A DNA stretch of 64,000 nucleotides from Octopus vulgaris (GCA_951406725.2 OX597828.1:18104001-18168000), one strand, 5' to 3'. Positions 13,847 through 26,207 are shown, counted from the first letter of the stretch. Numbers and translations: made by a program. Notes: generated by a model not told the origin, from the letters alone.

Positions 13847-13919
<73 letters not shown>

Positions 13920-13922
<3 letters not shown>

Positions 13923-14430
13923 ATTGCTCGACATTTGGTAGATTGAGACAAATTTCTACTGCATCACCTGCTACACCTCCATGTTGCTGAGGAGTGCGCT
14001 GCATCGTGCGTTCTTTTCTGTTGCTGGGAGTTTGCAAACTCCTCTCGGTATTGTATTGCATCAGATTTGTTCTCTTGAGGTGCGGTTCAGTCTTTTTGCT
14101 GTATTAGTGCTTGTATTGTGTGTTAAGTGAGACACGTGTTGGTTACCTAGATTACTTGTGGAAGTTTATTTCACTGGATAATTGCTATATAGTGTGCGTC
14201 TTGTGCTTGCGGCTTGTTTATTTCGGCTGTATTATTGAATTAATAGTGTCTTCAGTAGGATGTGATCTGTTCGTGGGAGTGTGTAGTTTACGTTTTGGCT
14301 CACATGTTTTTTTTTATAATTCCCAGTGCTCCAATTAATATTAGTATTGTTTTCACCTTCATGCCCCACATCTGGAAAACTTCAATTTCGAGGTCTTTGC
14401 ACTTGACAATTTCTCCATTTATTTTCGGAC
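13920..14430 (-). mobile_element. R4/Dong-like (RLE) non-LTR retrotransposon 3' fragment
   Basis: The minus strand at about 14320-14425 reads KCKDLEIEVFQMWGMKVKTILILIGALG, typical of the RLE C-terminus; bounded by (TTA)n at 13828-13919 and (TCA)n/(TTA)n at 14431-14618. Confidence 0.7.
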
Positions 14431-14434
14431 AATT

Positions 14435-14470
<36 letters not shown>

Positions 14471-14562
14471 TCCTCCTCCTCATCATCATCATCATCATCA
14501 TCATCAGCATCAGCATCATCATCAGCATCATCATCTGCATCATCAGCATTATTATAATTATC

Positions 14563-14594
<32 letters not shown>

Positions 14595-14619
14595 TATTAT
14601 TATTATTATTATTATCATC

Positions 14620-15284
14620 TTTTTTAATTCTGTTTCCATTTCTTGCCGAGTGTCTTCCTGACAACTAGGGCAGAGAAACCCGCTGTATACATTGATAAGC
14701 CATTAAAATAAACACATCAACTTGTCCATTTACAAAGTCATGGGATAGAGACAAAGTTCAAGAAAGACGGAAAGAAAAACGAAAAAAAGAATATAAGTAA
14801 ACAAAGAAAATAAAAAAGGAAAAGGAAAGAAAATTCACAGCGACAATGTACTTCCCAATACGTGAGACGTACGAGCTAAGACAATCTTTTGCACTTCTTC
14901 TATGGATGGCAAGCCAGGGATCATTCTTAAATAATTTTCAGTTCCTTTTCGATCATTCCAAGTGCTCCTACAACCACTGGTATTGTAACCGTCTTGAGAT
15001 GCCACATGTTTTCGATTTCGATGAGCAAATCTTTATATTTTCTGAGAGTATCAAATTCTTTTGCCGAGATATTATGATCAAAAAGTACGCTCATGTCAGT
15101 CAATAAACAGACTTTATTGTTTTGGTCTTTCACAACAATATCTGAATTGTTTCCTTTGATGGTCCGGTCTGTACATACTGGGAAGTTCCAAAGAATATTT
15201 ACAGTTTATTCCTCAGTTACAGCCTCAGGATGGTGCTCGTACCATTTGACTGCAGTTTTGATTTTATAATGCCAACACATTATG

Positions 15285-15286
<2 letters not shown>
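14620..15286 (-). mobile_element. R4/Dong-like (RLE) non-LTR retrotransposon 3' fragment
   Basis: The minus strand reads CWHYKIKTAVKWYEHHPEAV..LWNFPVCTDRTIKGNNSDIVVKDQNNKVCLLTDMSV..KEFDTLRKYKDLLIEIENMWHLKTVTIPVVVGALGMI, a restriction-like endonuclease domain with the PD motif mutated; (TTA)n on both sides. Confidence 0.85.
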
Positions 15287-15337
<51 letters not shown>

Positions 15338-15361
15338 GTGTTGTTGTTGTTGTTGTTGTTG

Positions 15362-15525
15362 TAGACGTCTCACAGTATGCAATATCGTGAGGTTGTTGAT
15401 TGAAGATAATTGTGTCCGACGGGGTTTTGTGCTGTTTGTCAAGTCACAACAAGGACCTCCGACAGACGGTGTTTTACGCAATATGCGTGCAGTTCCAAGT
15501 AATGTCGACTTTTGCAATTCATCTA
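15362..15525 (-). mobile_element. Third RLE-type LINE extreme 3' fragment
   Basis: LQKSTLLGTARILRKT is the characteristic final helix of R4/Dong-type ORFs; followed by (CAA)n/(TAA)n. Confidence 0.65.
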
Positions 15526-15733
15526 AGGCGGTGAGGTGGCAGAATCGTTAGCACGGTTCCGAGTTCTGAGTTCAAATTCCACCGAGGTATACTTTACCTT
15601 TCATCTACACGGAATCTATGAAATGAGTCCCAGCGAAACACAGCGCTCGAGTCTAATCAACGAGTCCCCTCTCCCAAATTTCAGACCTTCTGCCTTTAGT
15701 AGAAAAGATTAGCATTATTATTATTATTATTGC

Positions 15734-15770
<37 letters not shown>

Positions 15771-15909
15771 ACTACTATTACTATTAAGGGTAAATAAAAA
15801 TCTTATCGGCATTTCGTTCCTCTTTACGTTCTGAGATGAATTAAAGTTATCGTTTGGAGGTTGTATGCTGTAAATGAGCACATATACAACTACACGTCTA
15901 CATACATAC

Positions 15910-15964
<55 letters not shown>

Positions 15965-16138
15965 AAGGGATGATACTAAAATACCATCACGTGTGGCAAG
16001 CGAGTTTATAAGACGTTCAGGCAAATTTATAAAATATATACGTACAATACAAGTTATATACTTATATTATATATATGTTTGTATGTTGTTTGTGTATACA
16101 TACACACACACACACACACATACACACACACACACACA

Positions 16139-16190
<52 letters not shown>

Positions 16191-16206
16191 CATATACATA
16201 TGCACG

Positions 16207-16747
16207 AAGGCACCTCATGAATACCTACATCGCTAATAATAGAAGTCAAAAACACTTCTGTACCACAGAATAGTCTCTCTCTTTCTCTTTTCTCTTTTAC
16301 TTGTTTCAGTCATTTGACTGCGGCCATGCTGGAGCACCGCCTTTAATCGAGCAACTCGACCCCGGGACTTATTCTTTGTAAGCCCAGTACTTATTCTATC
16401 GGTCTCTTTTTTGCCGAACCGCTAAGTGACGGGGACGTAAACACACCAGCATCGGTTGTCAAGCAATGCTAGGGGAACAAACACAGACACACAAACAAAC
16501 ACATATATATATATACATATATACGACAGGCTTCTTTCAGTTTCCGTCTACCAAATCCACTCACAAGGCATTGGTCGGCCCGGGGCTATAGCAGAAGACA
16601 CTTGCCCAAGATGCCACGCAGTGGGACTGAACCCGGAACCATGTGGTTGGTTAGCAAGCTACTTACCACACAGCCACTCCTGCGCCTATGGCACAGAAGT
16701 ATTTTTAACTTCTATTTTTAGCGATGTTGATACTCATGCGGTCCCTT
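16207..16747. mobile_element. Small palindromic MITE-like element split by a SINE C insertion
   Basis: 16207-16265 and 16689-16747 are diverged 59-bp inverted repeats. Confidence 0.75.
16274..16688 (-). mobile_element. SINE family C, full length
   Basis: Complete reverse-complement copy ending CAGCCACTCCTGCGCC. Confidence 0.93.
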
Positions 16748-16772
16748 AGTCGACCTCGGCGGAATTTGAATT

Positions 16773-17000
16773 AGGCGGCGAGCTGGCAGAAACGTTAGCG
16801 CGCCGGGCGAAATGCTTTGCAGTTTTTCGTCTGTCGTTACGTTCTGAGTTCAAATTCCGCCGAGGTCGACTTTACCTTTCATCCTTTCGGGGGTCGATAA
16901 ATAAAGTACCAGTTTCGCACTAGGGTCGATGTAATCGACTTACTCCCTTTGTCTGTCCTTGTTTGTCCCCTCTATGTTTAGCCCCTTGTGGGTAGTAAAG

Positions 17001-17004
<4 letters not shown>
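16773..17004 (+). mobile_element. SINE family A monomer running into (TA)n
   Basis: AGGCGGCGAGCTGGCAGAAACGTTAGC...CCCCTTGTGGGTAGTAAAGAAATA. Confidence 0.92.
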
Positions 17005-17059
<55 letters not shown>

Positions 17060-17779
17060 TTGATGTATGCCTGTACTCATAGACAAATGCATATATATAC
17101 CTATGCACAGGATCCACCCAATTCTAATCACAATATATTAGTATACTCGATATTTTTTGGTAGAAGACCCTTACGTGAACTGACACGCATTGCAATAAAA
17201 CCTTCGTCTCATATGGCCAGTAGTCTTACTTCTGTAGTACTCATTCATATTTACGAACGACCATTTATTCCTGAATTAACTTTAATCAAACCAATTTTCT
17301 AATCACCGTAATACCTTTTCCCAAGTCCATGTCTTTTTCGTAATTATTATTGTTTTACTAGTCTGCAGTTATAAAGGTCACGTGTATCAATCTGAAAGAT
17401 TTTTTTTTTCATAATTTTATCACTGTTATTTCCGTTAGTTTCCAGAGTATATAATACAGAATTCTTGTTTTTTTTTATTTTCTTATCTCTTATCCCTTTT
17501 CCTGTTTTCCTTCATATCTCCGATCTTTTAAATGGCCTTCGTACATGACATTTCACCCTCTTGACCCCATTTTTATCCCCTATCAAATCTGCCGCCTACA
17601 CACGGATTAACTTTTTAATATAGATCTCACAAAAGGTAAAAAAAGAAAAAACAGTTATTAGAACTTATTTCTCCTTCTTTTCATGAAGGTCATGTTAGAT
17701 TGATAGAAACAGATACACTGAGATTTGAACAGGGTTATTATTTATCTTTATTTTATTGTTTTGTTTTAAATATTTAATT

Positions 17780-17939
17780 GGGCATGGCTGCGTGGTAAGA
17801 AACTTGCTTCCCAACCACATTCTTGCGGGTTCAGTCACATTGCGTGACACCTTGGGCAAGTGTCTTCTAATTTAGCTCCGGGCAGACCAAATCCTTGGGA
17901 GTTTATTTGGTAGACAGAAAGTGAAAGAAGTCTGTCGTA

Positions 17940-17994
<55 letters not shown>
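17780..17994 (+). mobile_element. SINE family C 5' half
   Basis: TGGCTGCGTGGTAAG, GGGTTCAGTC, CACCTTGGGCAAGTGTCTTCT; ends in its internal (TA)n. Confidence 0.8.
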
Positions 17995-17996
<2 letters not shown>

Positions 17997-18514
17997 TCCA
18001 CTGCATCCCTTGCACCCACTCCTACATATGCCGCCTCTACCCCCACCCTCAGCCTAACCCACACCCGACACTTGCTTCCCAATCTCGCCTCCCCACATCC
18101 CAGCACCACCACACCACACACTACCATTCCATATCACAACACATTACATCAAACCACTACGCACACATTAGCACTGACCACGTCAAGGTCACCAGCCCAC
18201 TTCCACTCCCACATACACGCTCTCATATACACGCGTACGCGCATCGTCGTTTTGAGAGCACCATTATTTTATTATCTTCCATTCTTCCTAGCTCTCCTGT
18301 GTGACCCCTCTGTCCGGTATTCGCGATGATAGATCGCTAGCCACAACACATTCATTATTTTCTCTCCCTATTTATTTCTGTGTTCCTTTCTGTGGAAAAT
18401 AGTAGGTTCGAAACGTTACAGACTTTTCCACTTCCTGAGCGTTAAACTAATACATCTGTTTGCTGCCTATTCCACCTGTCTTCGTTATTTATTCTTTGTT
18501 TCTGTCAATTCTCC

Positions 18515-18518
<4 letters not shown>
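17995..18518 (+). mobile_element. Insert between two (TA)n tracts, possibly a Penelope-like element 3'/pLTR fragment
   Basis: Unique C/A-rich sequence bounded by TA repeats; degenerate hammerhead-like TCTGT..GGAAAA...TTCGAAACGTTACAGA at 18389-18422. Confidence 0.4.
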
Positions 18519-18589
<71 letters not shown>

Positions 18590-18629
18590 AGTAGGTGAAT
18601 GAATTATCCTAGCATGGAAAATTCGTTAT

Positions 18630-18711
18630 CTTTCCTGATGAGAAGATTGCATAATGCACCCTTTATTCCTTCGGAATAAAAGTATGCCGTCTTCGAAACA
18701 TGTGTCGAGAG
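18630..18711 (+). ncRNA. Type I hammerhead ribozyme with intact core
   Basis: Helix I CTTTC(18630-34)/GAGAG(18707-11); CTGATGA 18635-41; helix II GAAGA/TCTTC extended by GCATA/TATGC and TTTATTCC/GGAATAAA; GAAA 18695-98; minimal helix III AC-ATGT-GT; GUC triplet with predicted cleavage after 18706. Confidence 0.85.
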
Positions 18712-18753
18712 TAAAGGAATTTTGTTAACATCTTCGTTCGACTCCATTCTTTC

Positions 18754-18796
<43 letters not shown>

Positions 18797-18923
18797 TTAA
18801 TAACATCCTCATAAAATAACTTACTCATAACATTTTCTTAGAAAATAATTCTTTTTAAAAATCACCTTTACACTCCAAAATCTGTATTAAGTAATTCTCA
18901 TAGACTTTGAAATTTATAAACGT

Positions 18924-19505
18924 AAGGCGGCGAACTGGAAGAATCGTTAGCACACCGGGCGAAATGCGTAGCCGTATTTCGTATGCCGTTACGTTCTCTG
19001 TTCAAATTCCGCCGGGGTCGACTTTGCCTTTCATCCTTTCGGGGTCGATTAAATAAGTACCAGTTACGCACTGGGGTTGATAGAATCAACTTAATCCGTT
19101 TGTATTTCCTTGTTTGTCCTCTCTGTGTTTAGCCCCTTGTGGGTAGTAAAGAAATAGGTATTTCGCCTGCCGTTACGTTCTGAGTTCAAATTCCGCCAAG
19201 GTCAACTTTGCCTTTCATCCTTTCGGGGTCGATAAATTGGGTACCAGTTACACACCGGCGTCGATATAATCGACTTAATCCGTTAGTCTGTCCTTGTTAG
19301 TCCTCTGCGTTTGGCCCCTTGCCGGTAGTAAAGAAATAGGTATTTCGTCTGTCTTTAGGTTCTGAGTTCAAATTCTGCCGAGGTCAACTCTGCCTTTCAT
19401 CCTTTCGGAGTCGATAAATTAAGTACCAATCGTGTACTGCAGTCGGTCTAATCGACTGGCTCCTCCCCGCAAAATTTCGGCCCTTGTGCCTAGTGTAAAA
19501 AGGAT
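18924..19505 (+). mobile_element. SINE family A, trimeric copy
   Basis: One head followed by three tandem bodies (GTATTTCG...GTTCAAATTC...CCTTTCATCCTTTCGG.GTCGAT) of about 180 bp. Confidence 0.92.
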
Positions 19506-19519
19506 ATTTGTGTGTGTGA

Positions 19520-19579
<60 letters not shown>

Positions 19580-19585
<6 letters not shown>

Positions 19586-20222
19586 GTGTGTGTGTTTGTC
19601 CCCCTCCACATTGCTTTACGACTGATGCTGGTGTGTCTATGTCCCCGGGCCCTAGCGGTTTGGCAAAAGAAACCGATAAATAAAATAAGTACTACACTTA
19701 CAGAAAAAAAGTGCTGAGATCGATTTCTTCGACTAAAACACTTTTAGGTGGCGCTCCAGCATGGCCGCAGTCATATGACTGAAACGAGTAAAAGACTTTA
19801 CTTTCTTAGGCTTAGTCGTGGCTATGTGGTTGAGAATGATGCTTCCCAGCCTTGGGTTCAGACCTACTTCGTGGTACCTTGTACGAATGTCTTCTGCTAT
19901 AGCACCAGGTCGACCAATGACTTGTGTCTGAATTTGACGCATATGTGTATGTATGAGTGTATGTGTATGTCTGTATGTATGTTGTGTGCTTGCGCGCGCG
20001 TATATTTCTGAGTGTCTTTGCATTTGTTTCCCACAACCAGTTTAGAATCGGTGCTGGTTAGTTTACGTCCTCGAAACTTAGCGGTTCGACAAAAGAAAAC
20101 TGATATTATAAATACCAGTCTTAAAAAGTATCAAAAGATAAATGCTGACGTCGATTTGCTCGACTAGCATTTTAAAAGTGGTGCTCCAGTATGGCAGCAG
20201 TCCACTGACTAAAATAAATAAG
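19580..20222 (+). mobile_element. Two adjacent SINE family C copies (a 3' half, then a degenerate near-full copy)
   Basis: GTTTGTCCCC...GCGGTTTGGCAAAAGA.ACCGATA...GCTCCAGCATGGCCGCAGTC; second copy from about 19810. Confidence 0.75.
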
Positions 20223-20435
20223 CAATTTCTGCAGATTAGCGACCAGTGTAATCATTACAACCTTAAAATATCCGGACTTAATGAAACAGAGAGCTACCAG
20301 CTCATTTATTAGTAATTAAAATTTTAAATGAGGTTCGGAGACGTAAATAAACTTACACGGGTTATCAATCTGTGAGGGACAAGATCTCTACACAAGCATA
20401 AATCATATGCTTACCACAATCCATCCACAAATGTA

Positions 20436-20488
20436 TACACACACACAGGCACACACACACACACGCACACACACGCACACACACACAC

Positions 20489-20581
<93 letters not shown>
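20436..20581. repeat. (CA)n microsatellite
   Basis: Direct inspection. Confidence 0.97.
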
Positions 20582-20584
<3 letters not shown>

Positions 20585-20723
20585 GTAACAATTCCATTTA
20601 AATTTAAATGTTGAAGTGAATCTAACGGTTTCTTAAATGGCATATAAACACCTTCGACGTTGCAATTGTTTTCGTTCCAGCATACGATCTCGGATCAGGT
20701 CACTTGCTATGCATGTACATCTC

Positions 20724-20785
<62 letters not shown>

Positions 20786-22063
20786 CACGGAGATGCAGAA
20801 GCGAAATATAGACATATACTTTTTATAACCCTATCAAGATTTACTTTCAGGTTCCTTCTCCCAAATTCACTCAGAGGCAAGAGTTTCGTTTGTTCGGGAT
20901 GATAGCGGGGGACATTAAGCCCAGCATACTGCCCTGCGGTCATAAACTCGAAACCACGTGGTTGATAATTGAACATCTCACCCACACAGCCAAGAATGTT
21001 TTCTCATTAGATGCCATCTTGTTGGCTGCCAAGAAGAAAGAAAGAACGAGAAAGAAAAGAAAGAAAGAAAAGACGGCAGCGAAACTATATGAAAGCAATC
21101 TTAAAGAGCATTGATCAGAGATTTTCCCCCCGATTATGCCGCTATAGTGGACTTCTTTGTAGTTTATCTCTATTTAAACAAGTCAGATTCAAAGAAGTAT
21201 AAGACATCGATTATCGTATTGTACAGAATAATCCAGTCTTAGTTTAACAGACTTACCACATGCCCTGTAATTAAAATGAGTGATAAATAATATATTCGAT
21301 ATTTTCTAGTGAATAGTGAAGTGTATACAATGCTACTTACGATGTTGTTGTTGTTGTTGTTTTTGCTAGTGCTTTTTTTTAACCCCACGTCAGACTTGAT
21401 CTGGCAGGCATATGGTTGAAAGGCGTTCCATTCGTGCCAGTGCCTGAGGTATTAGTCTCCGATAACTTTGGTATATTTGTGCTGTCTCTTTAAAATAGTA
21501 TGGCTTGCTTTCAGCAGATTTGGCTGCTATTCCCCGTATAAAGGCGATATCGGTGATTCGGTTACGGTCAAAGATGAGATATTGTTTGTGGTAAAGTATG
21601 AGATTTAATTTGTGGTCGAGGGCAACATTTTGTTCGGGTTAAAGTCTTTTGTCAGAAAGTGACATTTCATTTGGAATAAAGTTTGTAGTCAAACATGACA
21701 TTAACTTTGGGGTTATGATTGTGGTGAAGCGAGACTTTATGTGGTGGACAAGCGCGATATTTAATTTATGGTAAAAAATGGACACTTACTTTGTAATTTA
21801 GGCTGAAATTTAGGTAAGTCAAGATTAATTTTTGTGTGTTTGTTACCAAGAGTGATTTTGTTAAAGAGAAATATAATTAGTATGAAATTATGATGTATCA
21901 CTGACGTTTATTTGATTTTCTGCTCCACAACAACAGAAAGGGAAACATAAGCCCACTGACGTCTGAATAGCAACTATTTAACGTATACTTAGGGATATGT
22001 GGGTAGTCTTTTCGGCCTTTTCTTTATTTATAGCATCTAAAACTAGTGCATGGAATGAAAGTA

Positions 22064-22612
22064 CGAGAGTGAGTCAAAAAGTAATGCCATTTTGTTTAGG
22101 ACAGGTATAATTACCAACACAGGAACATGTATCATACACAAAAATTAAGCTGGTCCTCTGGGGATGACATCCCTACTTTTCAAGATATTCACCGTTTCTC
22201 TCAATAGCAATGTTCCAGCTTCGAATGAGAAAATGTATCCCGGCCCCGTAAAATTCTGGTGACTGTTCTTTGTGCCACTTCTTCACTACAGTTTTCACTT
22301 CCTCGTCACTGGAATAATGTTTACCCCTGAAACACTCTTTCATGCTGCCCAAGAGATGATAGTCCACTGACGAGGAAGTGAAAACTATAGTGAAGAAGTG
22401 GCTTAAAGAACAGTCAACAGAATTTTACGGGGCCGGGATACATGCTCTCATTCGAAGGTGGAACATTGCTATTGAGAGAAACGGTGACTACGTTGAGAAG
22501 TAGGGATGTGATCTACAGAGGACCAGCTTTATTTTCATGTATGGTACACATTCCTGTGTTGGTAATTATACCTGTCCTAAACAAAATGGCATTTCTTTTT
22601 GACCCACCCTCG
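22064..22612. mobile_element. Mariner-derived foldback MITE built from two inverted right ends
   Basis: TA flanks (22062-63, 22613-14); termini CGAG.GTG.GTCAAAAAG; arms of about 245 bp are diverged inverted copies that both encode the mariner transposase C-terminus (DYHL..SMKE..RGKHYSSDEEVKT.VKKW..EQS.EFY.AGIH.LIR.WNIAIERNG.Y.EK*). Confidence 0.92.
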
Positions 22613-24332
22613 TAATTATCTTGAAATTGGTAGCTAGTTCCTGGATGCTGGAAACAGAGGGAAATCCATTAAATATCCCCGAGAAAATCATGTTAATATG
22701 AACTGTACGAGGGTTAAGTCTACCAATCTATAAATCACAAAGCAAATGTCCATAAGTCCCTTTTGCTCATGCTACAAGTCTCCCAATTAAACACGCTAAA
22801 ATGGTACGACTATTTTAACGTAAAACCTGCTTGCCAGCTATTAGTTATTATAATCATTTAGGTAAAATGGAAACGGAGAAACTCTTTTGAAAATGTTGAG
22901 ATGAATAGATGTTATATTACGATATTTTTGATATCCATCCTGGAGTATACAGAATGGAGTTTCGATTTCCAAATTTCTTTACCACATACGCATTGGAAAT
23001 AATAAAAATAACAAAATTGCGCATTCGAAAGACATCTGATTGCGTGATGAATTTCTCAAAATTATAATATTTGATCCAGATAGGTGCCGACCTAAAAATA
23101 TACAACCATCTGAATTGGTTTAAATAGTCATGAAAGAATGCTACCTTAAGGCAGTTGAAAGAATTGTTCCGGGCTTTTTAACAGATATCACAGATCTAAT
23201 ATCACAGCCAGTGATACAAGCTCTATGCGGTTTCTCGATCTCCTAGAATGAGCAACGAAATCAGTCTGAAATCGCACGTTAACGTATTTAAAATTAAAAG
23301 ATAGGCTAGAAATTGTAATCTGGAAAAAATACAATGTTGGCGATCGGAATATCTTTGATCATAGGAATGTTGCCTATGACTATAGAAACATCAGAAAAAA
23401 ACAACAACAAAAAACAAAAAAAAAACGAAAACAAACACAGCGTCCATGATTCGATGACGTGACAGGGCTAACAAAACAGAAATGAAATCAGGAAGTTAAA
23501 TCACATGTAATAGCAATATAGAACTATCCGATGTCCAAAAGATACAATATTTAGAACGTCACATATAAAAAGGATATACAGAACATTTCCCTGTGTAGAT
23601 TAAAACAATAAATAGTCAGCTTTGTCGCAGGGAATGTTTAAAAAAGGCAAAAAACAAAAATGATAATAATAATAAGCAACTTGCATTGCAGATCGAAAAA
23701 AAAAATGGTGGATGCTGACCAATATGACGGTTGGTAATATATTCAATAACATATTAGAGTTTATAGCGTTAGAAGCGAAACAATTTTCTCTTTGAATATG
23801 AAACTATTCCCCACAAATCTACGCAAGCATCATGGCGAATTATGGTATTTTATGGTGTACCACGATGAAACGAATATAATATCGTAGTTATAGCTGTATT
23901 TGTGGAATACATGAATATAAAGTCCATTTACACAAATATCTCTTCAAAATGAAATACATTCTAAACGGCTTTGTAAAAGGGGTCTTCAATAGGGACATCT
24001 ATAAAAATATTTGTGAGACTTATCACTAAGACGTGTATATACACATATGCAACACACACGAACGCGTGCATGTTGTTGCCCCTATATATATGTGTGTGTG
24101 CGTGTGTGTATGTGTGTGTGTGCGGGTGTGAGTGTGTGGGTATGAATAGATATTTATATATATATATATGCACGTATGTATGTGTGTATGTCTGTATACG
24201 AATATGTATATTCATTTACAAACGCACACACACACACATATATATACACATGTGGATTTATATATATATATCTACATATGTGCATATATATAAATGTATA
24301 TATATATATATACACACACATATATATATATG

Positions 24333-24400
<68 letters not shown>

Positions 24401-24529
24401 TGTTTTGTTTGTGTATATGTTTGTACCTACGTAGGTATATGTATAGACAGTGGCTTGTGAAAGCGTGTATTTACAAATAGGTTGATTCTCGAAACGATCA
24501 AAATTTGTATGGAGAGTGTAATTGACGAA

Positions 24530-24572
<43 letters not shown>

Positions 24573-24639
24573 AATATATATAATGTATGTTTGTATGTAT
24601 GCATACATATGTGAATATATATATATATGTATATATATT

Positions 24640-24672
<33 letters not shown>

Positions 24673-24680
24673 GGATATAC

Positions 24681-24715
<35 letters not shown>

Positions 24716-25197
24716 TGGATATACATATATATATACATATATATATATGTATGTATGCATATATACATATATATGTTTGTATAAATGCATATACCTACTT
24801 ACATACATACATGAATATAAACATGCACGCCCCCCCCCCACACACACACACATACACACATCACACGCGCGCTCAAGTAAACTTCGATGTATTTCCATAT
24901 TATTATTCATCTGGCAATGGTGCCATCTTACTAAAACAGAGAAAATGCATCTTCTCTCACTAAATATGCTCGGCAAATTTACTATCCAATCTGTTCCCCA
25001 TTATATACACACATACGCACACATATATACATATACATACGTATGCATTAATACATGAAAATGAATATACACAATATACATGCATATATGTGTGTATGTA
25101 TGCGCTTATGTGTGCATTTGTGTATATATGTTTATATAGGTAAATACATATATATATATGTATGTATATATGTATGTATATGTATATGTATATGTAT

Positions 25198-25870
25198 ATA
25201 TGGGGTTGTATCGAAGTTTTTGATTTCGATTTTCGAGTCGAAAATGCTGAACAAGATTTAATTAAGTGCTATCTGTTTTTGATGTTTTGTCCTCTTCACA
25301 TCAATAAATCACCTCTTTTATTTTCAGCATATAAGAATATTATTGGAGAAAACCCGCTTTGAAAGTGACCCCTATCTTTGATCCGACTAAAGAATGCATT
25401 CGTCATGTCATGCTGTATGAGTTTCATGTCGGGTTCAATACAAGTGCAACAGTAATATTCAACCACAGTTCTTTTAGTGTAGCTGTAGTAAATGTAGGCT
25501 GTGGCTTTTCGCTAACTTCAGTGTAATCGATGTGCCAAGTCAACATCCACGAAATGGCCTAGATTTAGAAACCTACGCAGCAGCTGTTACAGTAAATCTG
25601 TAGATTTTGGACTCTGTGCTGGCTGTTCTGGATAACGCGTATGACAGTCTATTGTGAATTGAAAAGGCTCGGAAACGTGTCATAGGTTGTAGGGATGTTC
25701 TCCATATCAGCGCAGGAGTGCGTGTGTGGTAAGTAGCTAGCTTACTAACCACATGATTCCGGATTCAGTCCCACTGCGTAGCACCTTGGGAAAGTGTCTT
25801 CTACTATAGCCTCCGGCCGACCAAAGCCTTGTGAGTGGATTTGGTAGACGAAAACTGAAAGAAGCACGTC

Positions 25871-25937
<67 letters not shown>

Positions 25938-25938
25938 C

Positions 25939-26013
<75 letters not shown>

Positions 26014-26171
26014 TCCCCGCCAACATCGCTTGACAACCGATGCTGGTATGTTCACATCCCCGTAACTTAGCGGTTCGGCAAAAGAGACCGATAGGATAAG
26101 TGCTGGGGTCGATTTCTTCGACTAAAGGCGGTGCTCCAGCATGGCCACAGTCAAATGACTGAAACAAGTAA

Positions 26172-26207
<36 letters not shown>

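Noticed and set aside
23199-23222. TATCACAGCCAG, matching the 5' part of miR-2 family miRNAs
   Set aside because: The match stops after 12 nt and no precursor hairpin partner is evident
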